Source: an uncultured virus (IMG/VR IMGVR_UViG_3300042397_001048) (lineage: Duplodnaviria; Heunggongvirae; Uroviricota; Caudoviricetes; Crassvirales). From it: DNA of 64,000 nucleotides. Shown piece by piece: positions 19,313 through 29,851 of the stretch. The position numbers and the translations under genes are program-made. The DNA lies in the IMG/VR virus record IMGVR_UViG_3300042397_001048; one strand, given 5' to 3'. Numbering within the stretch: position 1 is the first letter of the stretch; each line of letters opens with the position of its first letter. The notes under the pieces were generated by a model. That model was not told the origin of the DNA. It made no database searches and worked only from the letters and a program-made list of their open reading frames with translations.

Positions 19313-20004
19313 TATTGTGCTCTTTGATCCATGTACATTTCTTCTTGTTTGGCATTAGCCACAACCTCTTGTTCACGAATACTTGTACCAGCGTATTCGC
19401 ATATTTTAACAACTAACTTTGGGAAGTCTGATAATGTTAATTCAAAATCTTGATAGTCATTAGCCGACTGATTAAATAACGGACTACCGTTAACTAACGT
19501 ATACGTCCACTTGGGATCGTATGGATACCGTACATAATATGTTTCAACTCCACTAGTAATTGTCAATGGATATACTGTCATCTCGTTACCTTGCATAACA
19601 TATGCAGGATACAATTCATTAGGTGCAGTTAGATTTGATCGCAACAAATTATACACCTTTAATTGATCAGCATGCTCAACTTGTTTTTGATTGTAATATA
19701 AAGCATTTAATAAAAACCATCCGGCTGGCATTCTAAATTTTTGAGAAGGAGTATCGTATACTAATGCAACATTCTCTGAAAAATAATCGATAGTTTGATC
19801 TATTTGCTTTGTTATATCGGAGTATCCTGATGTATACTCACCCTTATAGTCTGATACTTTTGAGTTTTTAAAATCAAAAAAGTATTGCGTAAAGATTTCT
19901 AACTGCGCTTGCTTTGCAAACGAGTTGAATTCTTCAGGAGTTACATATCCATTATTATCCTTGTTAAGAATGGACATCACGGTGTTGCGAACAGAATTTA
20001 TCAT
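19312..20004 (-). CDS. Head-tail adaptor/ring protein
   Basis: ILNKDNNGYVTPEEFN..A..AQLEIF N-terminus and YVRYP.DPKW motif; position. Confidence 0.7.
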   Translation of the reverse strand: MINSVRNTVMSILNKDNNGYVTPEEFNSFAKQAQLEIFTQYFFDFKNSKVSDYKGEYTSGYSDITKQIDQTIDYFSENVALVYDTPSQKFRMPAGWFLLNALYYNQKQVEHADQLKVYNLLRSNLTAPNELYPAYVMQGNEMTVYPLTITSGVETYYVRYPYDPKWTYTLVNGSPLFNQSANDYQDFELTLSDFPKLVVKICEYAGTSIREQEVVANAKQEEMYMDQRAQ

Positions 20005-20009
20005 GATGA

Positions 20010-20017
20010 CAAAGATA
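20010..20017 (-). promoter_or_regulatory. -7 promoter box TATCTTTG
   Basis: Exact TAnnTTTG, 5 nt upstream of the ATG at 20004. Confidence 0.6.
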
Positions 20018-20018
20018 T

Positions 20019-20043
20019 AAAAAAAGGAGGACTTTTGTCCTCC
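20019..20043 (-). terminator. Intrinsic terminator
   Basis: GGAGGAC-AAAA-GTCCTCC stem-loop followed by T7 on the minus strand. Confidence 0.8.
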
Positions 20044-20050
20044 CTTAATA

Positions 20051-20794
20051 TTACTTCAATTTTTTCTCGATCATTTTATACAACTCGAGTCCATCATCAC
20101 TTTGTAGATATGACATAAGTAATTTAACCGGATCCTCACCAAATGGGATACCCATTAATTTTTTCTTATTCTCTGTAAAGTTAAAGTATATGTCTCTGTT
20201 ATTATTTTTAATTAAAAACAATCCTTCTTGTAAAGCTTTAGCAGCAATATTACGTAAACGCAATTCAGGATCATCTAGGATGTCTAAGAATTCTTTTGCA
20301 TTGTTACGAGCGTATAATAGAATGTCTCTATTTAATTCTTCGCTAGATAATTTATCTACACGAGCACCAAGTAGAATACGACCAATAGCTTCTTTAGTAG
20401 CTAAGTCTAAGTTACGAGCTGCATTCAATGCATCCATTTGAACGTAAATCCAATCGATTTGCTCAGATGCATCTTTCTTAGTATCTACTTCTTCGTACAA
20501 TACGCCATTTTCTGGGTGAAGTGCTAAGAACTTTTGTAATACTTGATTATTTCTTGGTACAGTAAGTAACCCATCTTCAAAGATAATTGGCTCTAAGATA
20601 GCGTTGCCATCTTGCTCATCTTGGAATGGGGACTTCTGATTTGTTGCGTAACGCAAAGGACGATTCTGTCCTGTTTGTTCATCGAAATATAATAGTGGTT
20701 TACGAGAAGTATTTCTCGAAGCCAACATTAAGGACATAGGGAATGTTTTTCTTTTAAGGACATACATCTTGTCCTCGATAGTTATTTTTGACAT
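20051..20794 (-). CDS. Conserved head-module protein downstream of the major capsid gene
   Basis: LRYATNQKSPF.DEQ and IIFEDG.L.VP motifs; position. Confidence 0.6.
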   Translation of the reverse strand: MSKITIEDKMYVLKRKTFPMSLMLASRNTSRKPLLYFDEQTGQNRPLRYATNQKSPFQDEQDGNAILEPIIFEDGLLTVPRNNQVLQKFLALHPENGVLYEEVDTKKDASEQIDWIYVQMDALNAARNLDLATKEAIGRILLGARVDKLSSEELNRDILLYARNNAKEFLDILDDPELRLRNIAAKALQEGLFLIKNNNRDIYFNFTENKKKLMGIPFGEDPVKLLMSYLQSDDGLELYKMIEKKLK

Positions 20795-20814
20795 TTGATT
20801 ATAATTTAAGTTTT

Positions 20815-20847
20815 AAAAAATAAATAAGGGGAGGATTGCTCCTCCCC
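20815..20847 (-). terminator. Intrinsic terminator after the major capsid gene
   Basis: GGGGAGGA-GCAA-TCCTCCCC 8-bp stem followed by TTATTTATTTTTT on the minus strand. Confidence 0.75.
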
Positions 20848-20856
20848 AATATTTTA

Positions 20857-22272
20857 CTATGCTTCGAACAAGAAGAAGTTATTCGCACCAAGTGTACATA
20901 AAGCACGCTCAGATAAGAAGTTAACCTCCATTGCATCTAGGTCGCTAGTTTGAGCACCACCAGCAGAACCTGTGATCCAAGTCTTGTAACGACGATCTTC
21001 AGTCTCAGAAGCACGGTAACGAACGTGTAAGAACGGACGTTTAGCGTTTTTACCTAAGATTTGATCGTAAACTGTAGTAGAACCTGCAGGTACCAAGATA
21101 CCGTTGATAGCTCCACCTACGATTCCACCACGAAGAGTTGCATCGTTCAAGTATTTCCAGTCAGTCTTGTAGAAGTCATAACCACGCTTGAAGCCTTTGA
21201 AACCTAAGTTCAAAGCCATGTTCTCATCGTTGTCAAACAAACCATAAGAAGTACCGTTAGTACCGTAAGAGTTTTGAGACGCTAACATATCATCGATATC
21301 GAATGAGAAGTTACGGTTCAAGAAAATTACGTTCTCTTGGATAGAACCTTGCTTGTCAAGACGTTGGATGATTGAATCGAAGTCTGACAAAGTAGATGGG
21401 TTACCACCTGCCCATACGTTACCGCGAGAAGCTACAGCATCAAATAAACCTTCAGTACCAGCAGCACCAGGTTGTACTTGAGAAGCAGCAACAGTTAAGT
21501 AAGTTAAAGCACCTGAACCAGTTTCAGCAGGAACACCTTCAACCATTGACATCTCTAAGTAATCTTCGAAACGTAAACGAGTCTCGTGCTCAGATTTGAT
21601 GTACCATAAGTATCCAGTAGCACCATTCTCAGAAGTTACTTCAACCCAACCAATTTGAGCCATGTCAGAACCTGATACAGTGTACTTGTCCTTGATGATG
21701 ATAGGCTTGTTCTCGAAGAATACATCTTCAGATTCCAAAGAACCAATCATACCTGTAGATCCTTTTGTGAATTCAGAACCGTAAACGAATGCAGTAGAAA
21801 CTGCAGAAGCTGCGATAGTTTGTCCACCTGCTGCGTAGTAAGCTACAGTGAAAGTATCATTAGCAGAGTTAACTGCAGTAATAACAGCTTTGTCAGAAGC
21901 AGAACCAGCGTTAGCTGACAAAAACACAGTTTGGTTAACACGGAAGTTGACTGATACGTTTGCATCATTTACAGTCCATGTAGCAGTATCATCTCCTACA
22001 ACTGCAGTTGTTGTTACGTTAACATATTTTGTGTGTAAACGTCCTTGCTCTGCCCACTTAATTAAGTCAGAGTTAGACGGCATCTCAGCTCCTACTAAAC
22101 GTAAGAAAGATGCAATAGAGCGATTACCATAACGCTCGAATTCTTTTTCGTAAGTATCTGGAAGATACTGATTCATGAAATCGAAGTTAGTAATGTAGTT
22201 TGTAGGCAATGTAGCTTTTACCGCTGACGGTTGTAAAGCAAAGCCTGGGGTACCTTGAACTGATCCAGCCAT
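20857..22272 (-). CDS. Major capsid protein
   Basis: 471 aa downstream of portal and scaffold. QYLPDTYEKEFERYGNR, W.EQGRLH and FLSER.LCT.GANNF motifs. Codon choice suggests high expression. Confidence 0.9.
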   Translation of the reverse strand: MAGSVQGTPGFALQPSAVKATLPTNYITNFDFMNQYLPDTYEKEFERYGNRSIASFLRLVGAEMPSNSDLIKWAEQGRLHTKYVNVTTTAVVGDDTATWTVNDANVSVNFRVNQTVFLSANAGSASDKAVITAVNSANDTFTVAYYAAGGQTIAASAVSTAFVYGSEFTKGSTGMIGSLESEDVFFENKPIIIKDKYTVSGSDMAQIGWVEVTSENGATGYLWYIKSEHETRLRFEDYLEMSMVEGVPAETGSGALTYLTVAASQVQPGAAGTEGLFDAVASRGNVWAGGNPSTLSDFDSIIQRLDKQGSIQENVIFLNRNFSFDIDDMLASQNSYGTNGTSYGLFDNDENMALNLGFKGFKRGYDFYKTDWKYLNDATLRGGIVGGAINGILVPAGSTTVYDQILGKNAKRPFLHVRYRASETEDRRYKTWITGSAGGAQTSDLDAMEVNFLSERALCTLGANNFFLFEA

Positions 22273-22292
22273 TTTTTAATTTGTTTTTGTTT

Positions 22293-23426
22293 TTAAAGTT
22301 TTCTAATTTTTAACCTGTTGCCGTGATCACTATCTAATGATGTTACTTTAAATCCTCCTTTATCTATAGGTTGCCCTGTTGTACGAACGCTACCCATGTC
22401 AATATTTTTGCTCTGCTTTGCAGATTCATCTATTGCATCAGATTTGCCTTGTTCGTAAAAGAACTTAGCAAAAGAGTCGGGGTTCATTGCAACCGCCATT
22501 GTCTTATGATACGACTTAGCATCTTTAATATATCCTTTATCATCAATAAAATTATTGAAGAATTTAGATATGTCCATCTGCTTATTTTTTAAGTCTTCTG
22601 GATTACTAGGTTTCCAAGATAAATCTTTGTCACCAATTCCGAACTTGAAACCTTCAAATTCATTGCTGAACAATTCATTAGTCTTCTGAACAAAGTATTC
22701 AGATTTCTTAACCTGCTCCTGCTGTTGTGCAGTAGCCTGGTTTACATATTGCTTATAAGACTCCAAAGCTTGCTGATCTTCTTGAGAGATAGACGATGTG
22801 CCAATCGACTCGAGTGGCGTTCTATACTTCTCTTTCTGTTCATCAAAATACTTCGATGCCTTAGTTAGCTCTTTTTTAAATGCAAGTTTTTTCTTTTTAA
22901 CATCCCGCTCGTCATCCATTTCCTCATCATATCCAAATCTATCGGACATTTCATATTGGATGTCTTCGTCGTCTAACTCAGGATTCAATTCTTTTAAATA
23001 CGTAGCTAATAAACGCTCCGGCTTTTCATTTGAAAAATCTTGGTTAACACGATAGAAGTCTTCTAACCCACGACCTGTTTCTTTCTTAAACTTTAAAAAA
23101 GCTGATACATCTTCAGGTAATAATTCCTGAGGTGCCTCAACTGGTTTAAACAAGTCGTCAATAGAATTGACTTCTTTATTATACTTGCTTCTAATATATG
23201 AAAGAACGTCCTCGTCATCAAATGATGGCGATTGAGGAGTTGATTGCTCTTCTCCTTTGAAATCTTCTGCTGTGTCGGGTTCAGAAGGGATTTCTATTTT
23301 TAAAGTCTCAGGCTCCTCAATTTGAGTAATACCTGTTTTTTCTTCGTGTACTTTAAGTAGAGTTTGCTCTACTTCTTGGACAGACTTTTCCTCAAAGTCT
23401 ACCAGTTTTACTTGAAAATTTTCCAT
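22293..23426 (-). CDS. Putative capsid scaffolding protein
   Basis: Highly acidic and coiled-coil; between portal and capsid; FYEQGKSDA motif. Confidence 0.7.
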   Translation of the reverse strand: MENFQVKLVDFEEKSVQEVEQTLLKVHEEKTGITQIEEPETLKIEIPSEPDTAEDFKGEEQSTPQSPSFDDEDVLSYIRSKYNKEVNSIDDLFKPVEAPQELLPEDVSAFLKFKKETGRGLEDFYRVNQDFSNEKPERLLATYLKELNPELDDEDIQYEMSDRFGYDEEMDDERDVKKKKLAFKKELTKASKYFDEQKEKYRTPLESIGTSSISQEDQQALESYKQYVNQATAQQQEQVKKSEYFVQKTNELFSNEFEGFKFGIGDKDLSWKPSNPEDLKNKQMDISKFFNNFIDDKGYIKDAKSYHKTMAVAMNPDSFAKFFYEQGKSDAIDESAKQSKNIDMGSVRTTGQPIDKGGFKVTSLDSDHGNRLKIRKL

Positions 23427-23447
23427 TTAAATTAAATTTTAGTTGCA

Positions 23448-23455
23448 CAAAAGTA
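23448..23455 (-). promoter_or_regulatory. -7 promoter box TACTTTTG for the scaffold/capsid operon
   Basis: Exact TAnnTTTG in the intergenic gap. Confidence 0.55.
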
Positions 23456-23465
23456 GTAAATATTT

Positions 23466-25895
23466 TTATCTTGGATTAAACTCCTCTAGACTGAACCCGT
23501 CAAGCGAATCTTCATCAGACTCAAAACTCATAGCAGGTAAGTCTTTTTGACGTTGTTCAATTAATTTAGATTGCTGTGTGGCTTGCAGTTTTGTTCTATT
23601 ATCCTTAGCCTTTTCCTTATCCATATCAAGATTTTTAATCTGCTCAATCTCCATGCCCTTAAGTTGCATGTTGAACTCAAACTCTTTTTGCATCAACTGT
23701 TCTTTAATCTGAGCCTCCGCTTGCATGCGCTGAATATCAAACTGCATTTGTGCTTGAGCAAGTTGAGCTTTAGCTTGTGATTCTGCTTGAACTTTTTGTA
23801 ATGCTGCTTGAGCAGATGCTTGAGATGATTGGATATTGCCTTGAGTCTGCATTTGAATCTTTTGTTGCTCCTGCTCCATATCTTGCTTCTGCTTCTGCTT
23901 ACGCTTAAACTTAAGCAATTCGTTAGCAAGTTTAAGATTCTTCATTTGACGAATATCAATTGCATCTTCTAAGCTAATCTGATCACGCTGTAAAGCCATC
24001 TGAATGTTAGCCTCAAGTTGTGCTTTCTGATCCTCATCTGGAGATACCTCAATGAATACACCAAAGTCATACATGTATAAATCTTTGATTTCATCTAAAA
24101 TACCAACTGCATGTTTTCCAATTTGCATAGTAAATTGCTCTTTGAAATCAGAGTATTCTAAAATATCAGCAACACGACACGATAAAGCCTCAGATAATCT
24201 ACGTGTAATAAATAATCCACCTTCTAAGATATGACGAGTCGCTGTGTTAGAGTTTAATGCAGCAAGCTTTTGTACGCCTACTAACGCATCAGGATTTGGA
24301 GAAGAAGCATCACGTGCTTCGTTCAAACCTGTTACATCTCTAATCATCGACAAGTATTGATTGTATGCATTAATCAATGCAGTAATCTTACCTTGTCCAC
24401 TATTTGTATTAAGTTCTTGGATTGGTATTCTACCATTATTAAACTCACCGTCTACAGTAGAACTTCGACCAATAACACTACCCGTTTGGAAATACAATCT
24501 TAATGCATCCTCTGGATTGTATGCTGCCCCTGTTCCCAAGTCAACTTCATTAATACCATCGGCATCAATGTACACACCATCCGGCACAACTCGTTGTAAT
24601 ACTTGTTGCAACTTTAAGTGAGTTAATTGAATCAAGTCAGCAAAAGGAATCATGCGACGAGTCAATGACTCGATAACTCCTTTGTACATACGTGGGGCAA
24701 CAGCAATATACTGAGGCAATGCATACTGAGATGCAGACTTAGGGCGAACCATGTTCTTAGCAAGCTCCCACTTCAATAGATAAGGGGATCCCATCACCAT
24801 TACGCCCTCATACCAAACATCAATACGCTTTTCAATACGCTCAAAACGCTCCTCCATTCCTTCAGGAACTTGGAAACTTTCGTCTTTCTCAATTACTCTT
24901 GATCCTCCGTTTTCCGTGTATTTCTTTTTGTAGACATACGTTTTATCAGTCTTATAATTGAAATACAATAAAGTAACAACATCTCTGTTAAACAAGTCAC
25001 TACGATAAGGGCGAAGTACACCATAGTAATTATACCAAGCTGTACCAAGCTGCTGAATTTCCGCAAGCTCTTCATTAGTAATGTTAGGTTTAATCTTAAT
25101 AAGTTCAGTAATAGGTACTTGCTTAACTTCGCCAAAATAGAAACAGTCGTCAAAAGTTGGTGACTCCGTGTAACTATATACCATATTTGCAGGGTCCACA
25201 TACTCTACTCTTACGCCAGTTCCAGGTACAAATGAATGCTTAACCATACCAATACCAATTGTAGTGATATCGTAATCAACTCTCTTTCTAACATCATTGT
25301 AATGGTTTAAATCCAATATTGTATTAATTGCTTGCTCTTCAGCAATCTCAATAGCAGGCTTATATTTAAGTTGCATATATAAGCTCAATTCTTCCTCATT
25401 AGCTGGTAGCTCATCTGGATTTACATCAAATGTATCTACCCCAAACTGTTGTTTAATTTGCATCAAAATATCTTTTGATAGCATATTTGCCTCAACCATT
25501 TCTTGGTGCTTGCTTTTCTTCTCGATAGACATTGCATCTTGTGCATGTGCTTTAACTTCAAAAAGGCGGTCATTCATCCCGTTAACAACGATATCAACAA
25601 ACTTAGGGATAATAGGAACGGGAGTCCAATCAAGGTTGATATGAGACATATCTCCGTCTACTTGGAATTGCTCTTTGTATTTATTTATTGGTTGCTCTCC
25701 ACGAGCATATAATCTAATACGGTGAAAGTCAATCCATTGAGAATAGTAACGACAGTTATTTCCTGTCTTTGCAAACCATTCCCACATGATACTTTGGCCT
25801 ACTTTTAATCCGAACTCCTTAGACGCTTTCTCTGCATCTGTTGCCAGCTGCGTTGGAAAGTTGGAGGGGTTAATCATTATTAAAGGGTCGTTCAT
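23466..25895 (-). CDS. Portal protein
   Basis: 809 aa after the terminase. RLYARGEQ, LDWTPVPIIPKFVDIVVNG and RDVTGLNEARD motifs; C-terminal Gln-rich coiled coil. Confidence 0.9.
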   Translation of the reverse strand: MNDPLIMINPSNFPTQLATDAEKASKEFGLKVGQSIMWEWFAKTGNNCRYYSQWIDFHRIRLYARGEQPINKYKEQFQVDGDMSHINLDWTPVPIIPKFVDIVVNGMNDRLFEVKAHAQDAMSIEKKSKHQEMVEANMLSKDILMQIKQQFGVDTFDVNPDELPANEEELSLYMQLKYKPAIEIAEEQAINTILDLNHYNDVRKRVDYDITTIGIGMVKHSFVPGTGVRVEYVDPANMVYSYTESPTFDDCFYFGEVKQVPITELIKIKPNITNEELAEIQQLGTAWYNYYGVLRPYRSDLFNRDVVTLLYFNYKTDKTYVYKKKYTENGGSRVIEKDESFQVPEGMEERFERIEKRIDVWYEGVMVMGSPYLLKWELAKNMVRPKSASQYALPQYIAVAPRMYKGVIESLTRRMIPFADLIQLTHLKLQQVLQRVVPDGVYIDADGINEVDLGTGAAYNPEDALRLYFQTGSVIGRSSTVDGEFNNGRIPIQELNTNSGQGKITALINAYNQYLSMIRDVTGLNEARDASSPNPDALVGVQKLAALNSNTATRHILEGGLFITRRLSEALSCRVADILEYSDFKEQFTMQIGKHAVGILDEIKDLYMYDFGVFIEVSPDEDQKAQLEANIQMALQRDQISLEDAIDIRQMKNLKLANELLKFKRKQKQKQDMEQEQQKIQMQTQGNIQSSQASAQAALQKVQAESQAKAQLAQAQMQFDIQRMQAEAQIKEQLMQKEFEFNMQLKGMEIEQIKNLDMDKEKAKDNRTKLQATQQSKLIEQRQKDLPAMSFESDEDSLDGFSLEEFNPR

Positions 25896-28105
25896 ATTAT
25901 TTTCAGTCTACTCGCTGAACCGCTGTTATCGTATTTTGCAAATTTAATGCTTATTTTTGACTCTTTTTTCTCCGGCATATAAATATGCTTTTGGTTTGCC
26001 ATAATCGCTAAACCTGAACTAATCGAAGCATCAAACTTTGTTCTATCGTTCACGTTAAATTTAGACCAGTCTAAAAGAGTTCTATTGAATGGCATGTTAC
26101 CAATCTCATCTGGATTTCGATAAGTAGCCTCCAAATCGTAACCCACATATTTCTCAATGTAAGTTCCGATACCTGCTGCGTGTGCTTGCTTCATGTCTTC
26201 ACTTGAAGACGGTATACCACCAATCTCTATCTCTGTAAATGATAACTTAGACTTATGTTTGTCAGGTCTATTCATTGAGAATCCACGATAGCCTCTATTC
26301 TTAAAGTGATATAGTAGACGAGCTTTGTTATTCTCTGCAAGTATGGGCATGCCGTAGAATACGCAAGCCATTAGGACCTCTTCAAAGAATATCTCTGCTG
26401 TCTGTGGACGAGCAACGTACTCTAGGAAGAACGCATTTGACGGAGCATTCGCCATATTAAACTTAGTAAGGCCATGAAGAGCACCGTTTGAACCACCAAA
26501 TGTAGCACCCGAAATATCATAAGGGTCACATCCAAACGCACCAACGTGTTCGTTAAGAGGGTATTTGATTCCATTTTTAGTTATATAGTTATTACGCATT
26601 GCAATATCTGGAATCCAGGACACGATAAACCGACCTGCCTTGTCGGGTGTCCAAATAACCTCTGTGTCCTTCTCACCATTTTTCCAATGAAAGAACCCTT
26701 TCGTTAGTACACGATCAGCTATCATGCCATCGTTGTAATCTATCTGCTGATATAATTTAGTTAAGTTATAAATAGATGACTTAGTCTCATCACGGAAAGC
26801 GTGAGACTCTGTTCTAGGGAACTGTCTATAGAATTCATTAAGTGCATCAGGGTTTGACTTTAAGGATGAAACTTCATTGTTCCAATACTCAATAACACCT
26901 TGTGTAATCCAAGTGCCCTCAGCTGAACGAACTGGCTTCTCGGGAGTCTCTAGTACAGCGTGGCCGTACTCATCAATATATCCCTCAAAATTATACTCCA
27001 TCGGTATAAATAAAGCATACAGACCCGAAAGAGTCTGCCCGTTCTTATTGCGCTTCCTAACATCTGAATCTTCATATAGTCTTTTATAATTCTCTCCACC
27101 TTTATCTAGTGCGTTGGATGTCGAACCCATCATACACTTACCAATAATCCTTGCACCTAAGCGGAGGCAAGTCTTACGAATACGCCAACCATTCTCGATG
27201 TTCATCGGCTTCTCTAACTTAGCGGCCTCGTCCTCAATTAAGAATCGAAGCTTCTCTCCATCATATGAGTTGTCTGATGTATTACGCCAGTCAATCGATG
27301 TATCTAGTCCGTCCATCGCTTCATCTTGCTCTTGATCCATATTCTTACGTGTAATCTTAGAAGCAGGAACACGGAAGGCAAGCTCAGTCTTTGGTGTGGT
27401 CATACCATCACGCACGGGCTGAAAGAAGAATGGATAGTTGTTCGCAATTGGAACAACCTTATCGGTAAACATTTTCTTAGCATCGGGTCCTGTCTTTGAT
27501 ACCATACCAATACGTGCATCCTTTGCAAGCGTTGCAATATCAACAGATACCGAGGAGGCCATAAACGAGAATCCTGAACGACGGTTCTTTAAGTAACACA
27601 TGCCAAAGCATCGTGTATCAGCACGACATGCTTCCCAAAATAAAAAGAATATTCTATTTGACTCACGAAAGTCAGGATGGCCAACGTCAGTCTTAGTCCA
27701 CTGTAGGTACATGTAGTGGTGACCTGTGATGTAAGTCTTTACGCCATTGTTAATAAACCAATAGCCAAGCTCACGACGATCAAATTCTTGCTCAATAAAG
27801 TCAACCCATTGATTCTTAAATGAGTTGTCACGCCTATTCCAATCAAAGATTGTTTTAATGCGAGACAGTTCTTTTGGTAATTCAATAGGCTCCCACTTAT
27901 TGGCTTTGTAATTAACTTTATTAGGGGTATGCGGAAGAGCAACTCTTAATCCTTGGATGTCGTATATATCTCCGATGGTCCCATCTTTAGATATGACAAC
28001 CATATCATACTCCGGGTCCCATCCATACTCCCACTGATTCTTAGCGTTCTTTTTATCAAGAACTTTCTGTGGTATGACATCAACAAGAAGTTTGTGTAAA
28101 CTCAT
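25892..28105 (-). CDS. terL: Terminase large subunit
   Basis: Walker A-like KNRRSGFS, Walker B LIEDE, MGSTSN coupling motif and nuclease GCDPYD. Confidence 0.93.
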   Translation of the reverse strand: MSLHKLLVDVIPQKVLDKKNAKNQWEYGWDPEYDMVVISKDGTIGDIYDIQGLRVALPHTPNKVNYKANKWEPIELPKELSRIKTIFDWNRRDNSFKNQWVDFIEQEFDRRELGYWFINNGVKTYITGHHYMYLQWTKTDVGHPDFRESNRIFFLFWEACRADTRCFGMCYLKNRRSGFSFMASSVSVDIATLAKDARIGMVSKTGPDAKKMFTDKVVPIANNYPFFFQPVRDGMTTPKTELAFRVPASKITRKNMDQEQDEAMDGLDTSIDWRNTSDNSYDGEKLRFLIEDEAAKLEKPMNIENGWRIRKTCLRLGARIIGKCMMGSTSNALDKGGENYKRLYEDSDVRKRNKNGQTLSGLYALFIPMEYNFEGYIDEYGHAVLETPEKPVRSAEGTWITQGVIEYWNNEVSSLKSNPDALNEFYRQFPRTESHAFRDETKSSIYNLTKLYQQIDYNDGMIADRVLTKGFFHWKNGEKDTEVIWTPDKAGRFIVSWIPDIAMRNNYITKNGIKYPLNEHVGAFGCDPYDISGATFGGSNGALHGLTKFNMANAPSNAFFLEYVARPQTAEIFFEEVLMACVFYGMPILAENNKARLLYHFKNRGYRGFSMNRPDKHKSKLSFTEIEIGGIPSSSEDMKQAHAAGIGTYIEKYVGYDLEATYRNPDEIGNMPFNRTLLDWSKFNVNDRTKFDASISSGLAIMANQKHIYMPEKKESKISIKFAKYDNSGSASRLKII

Positions 28106-28383
28106 TTGTTCTTAGCTCTAGACTCGGCAAATCCTCTGTTTGTATTGACTTGGTTATTAACTACGCCTTCGATAATATTATTCTCTTCTTCTACACGCTT
28201 AAGAATCTCAAACGCATCCATAATGGCAAGCTTCTTTGCTTGAGCGGCATTCTTTAACTTATCAGCACTAAGGTCATCCTCAGCATGTGTGACAATCTTC
28301 TCTTCTGCAACCTTAATTAATTCTTCAACGGCTTTATACCCAGAATCAATTATGCGTTTCTTTAAGTCCGTTATCTTGTTCAT
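28102..28383 (-). CDS. Probable terminase small subunit
   Basis: 93-aa helical protein overlapping the terL start by 4 nt. Confidence 0.5.
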   Translation of the reverse strand: MNKITDLKKRIIDSGYKAVEELIKVAEEKIVTHAEDDLSADKLKNAAQAKKLAIMDAFEILKRVEEENNIIEGVVNNQVNTNRGFAESRAKNK

Positions 28384-28930
28384 TTAATTTGATTGTTATA
28401 TTCTTGGTGTACATTCGATAAACTTTCTCCCCGTCCACATAAAAAGGGTACTCTGATTCAGGCTCAAATATGACCGTGTCGCCCTCGTTTATGCCGAGGC
28501 TAAGTACTTCTTCATTTGCAAACTTTATCGTGCCCACAAGGGGCTTTTCTGCATCTACAGTAGTGATGCCAGTGTAGTCGTTCTCAACCGGAGAAACAAA
28601 TACATACCTGCCGATTCCTTTCCATCTGCCACCTGTCTTTTTGTAGGCATATGGGTCATCAATAAAAAACAAGTCATCCATAAAATAATTCCACGATGAC
28701 TTCTCTCTACCACGCATGTCGTAGTAAATACGGAAAGTGTTGTGATGAACAAGCACCATGTCGCCTTCTTCTATCGGACCTTCATAGCCAATAGGAGTAG
28801 AGATGACAACAGCCTCACGCATTGTTGCTAGGTGGTCCTCTTTAGAAGTAGAAATGATAATTCCGTTACGCTCATTGTCGTATCGTTTGCCATCTTTCGA
28901 GCTGATGACAAAATAAAAAGGAGACTTCAT
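28346..28930 (-). CDS. Divergent, extended GroES-like co-chaperonin
   Basis: Two GroES-like segments: IEEGDMVLVHHN and GII/GTIK...GINEGDTVIF...EY...DGEKVYRM. Confidence 0.6.
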   Translation of the reverse strand: MKSPFYFVISSKDGKRYDNERNGIIISTSKEDHLATMREAVVISTPIGYEGPIEEGDMVLVHHNTFRIYYDMRGREKSSWNYFMDDLFFIDDPYAYKKTGGRWKGIGRYVFVSPVENDYTGITTVDAEKPLVGTIKFANEEVLSLGINEGDTVIFEPESEYPFYVDGEKVYRMYTKNITIKLNEQDNGLKETHN

Positions 28931-28934
28931 TATA

Positions 28935-29153
28935 TTAGAATTCTATGTTGTACTCTACCGATACTGGAACTGTGCTACCTATCTCTTTCCATAGAACAAC
29001 TTCTTTATTTTGTTCAATGAAAATCTGATAGGAGCCAGCATCCGTTATCTTAATTAAGTGAATAACATAATTTCCGTTCAGTACTGACTGACCGGTAATA
29101 TAATTCATCGATGACTTATAGTCAACGCCAACAGATAATTTACGAATTATCAT
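28935..29153 (-). CDS. Conserved hypothetical phage protein
   Basis: Likely start MIIRKLSVGVDYK at 29153, ending SVEYNIEF. Confidence 0.65.
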   Translation of the reverse strand: MIIRKLSVGVDYKSSMNYITGQSVLNGNYVIHLIKITDAGSYQIFIEQNKEVVLWKEIGSTVPVSVEYNIEF

Positions 29154-29397
29154 GGTTATCTTCTTTAATTTCCCCGGTTTGCGTGTCAATTAATACGTTG
29201 CCATATTTTTCCTGAAGCTCTCCTTGGATGGTGTTTAATTCTTCGGCAGCCTGTTCTGCATTAAATAGAACAGCTTTCTTTTTTGAATCTAAACGGTATG
29301 TTGAGATTTCAATATCTGCAATAGTTGCACGTGCCTCACGAAGTGATTTGGTTGCGTTATTTAAACGCTCTAATTCTTGTTCTTCTAATTTTTTCAT
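29140..29397 (-). CDS. Hypothetical coiled-coil protein
   Basis: Ends LQEKYGNVLIDTQTGEI, a common small phage protein pattern. Confidence 0.65.
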   Translation of the reverse strand: MKKLEEQELERLNNATKSLREARATIADIEISTYRLDSKKKAVLFNAEQAAEELNTIQGELQEKYGNVLIDTQTGEIKEDNHDNS

Positions 29398-29442
29398 TTT
29401 TATTTTATTTAACTATTCCGTAAAATTAACAATTTTCTTTTA

Positions 29443-29811
29443 CTAATATGCTTGGTAGTGTTTTTCTTCGATTAGATTGGAGTTGTATTTTAAATTAATC
29501 TGTCTTTTAATATCCGCACGCTCGTCGTTTCTGTGATACACAGCACGTGCTAGTCTAATGAAGTTTAAGTTAAAGTCTCCGTGTTTCTCGCAAACTCTAA
29601 TCTCATCCTCAATCTCCCATAGTCTTTTATTTACATCTTTAAGTTTATAATACAAAGGGTTGGTAAACATTTCTTCTTCAAGCAAGTCAAGTAGCATATA
29701 GTATTCCTTAGATACATTCTCTAACTTTGACTCATCTTTAATCTTCTCCATCTTAATACTAAGTATCGACAGTTTGTCTACAGCCTCTCCGATGCTAACT
29801 TCTATGTTCAT
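29443..29811 (-). CDS. DUF6165-like protein
   Basis: IEVSIGEAVDKLSIL.IK, LWEIED.IR and ARAVY..ND.R..IK..IN motifs. Confidence 0.75.
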   Translation of the reverse strand: MNIEVSIGEAVDKLSILSIKMEKIKDESKLENVSKEYYMLLDLLEEEMFTNPLYYKLKDVNKRLWEIEDEIRVCEKHGDFNLNFIRLARAVYHRNDERADIKRQINLKYNSNLIEEKHYQAY

Positions 29812-29839
29812 TTAAATTGGGTTTTGATACAATATTAAT

Positions 29840-29847
29840 TAAATTTG
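29840..29847 (+). promoter_or_regulatory. -7 promoter box TAAATTTG
   Basis: Exact TAnnTTTG, 4 nt upstream of the ATG at 29852. Confidence 0.6.
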
Positions 29848-29851
29848 GATT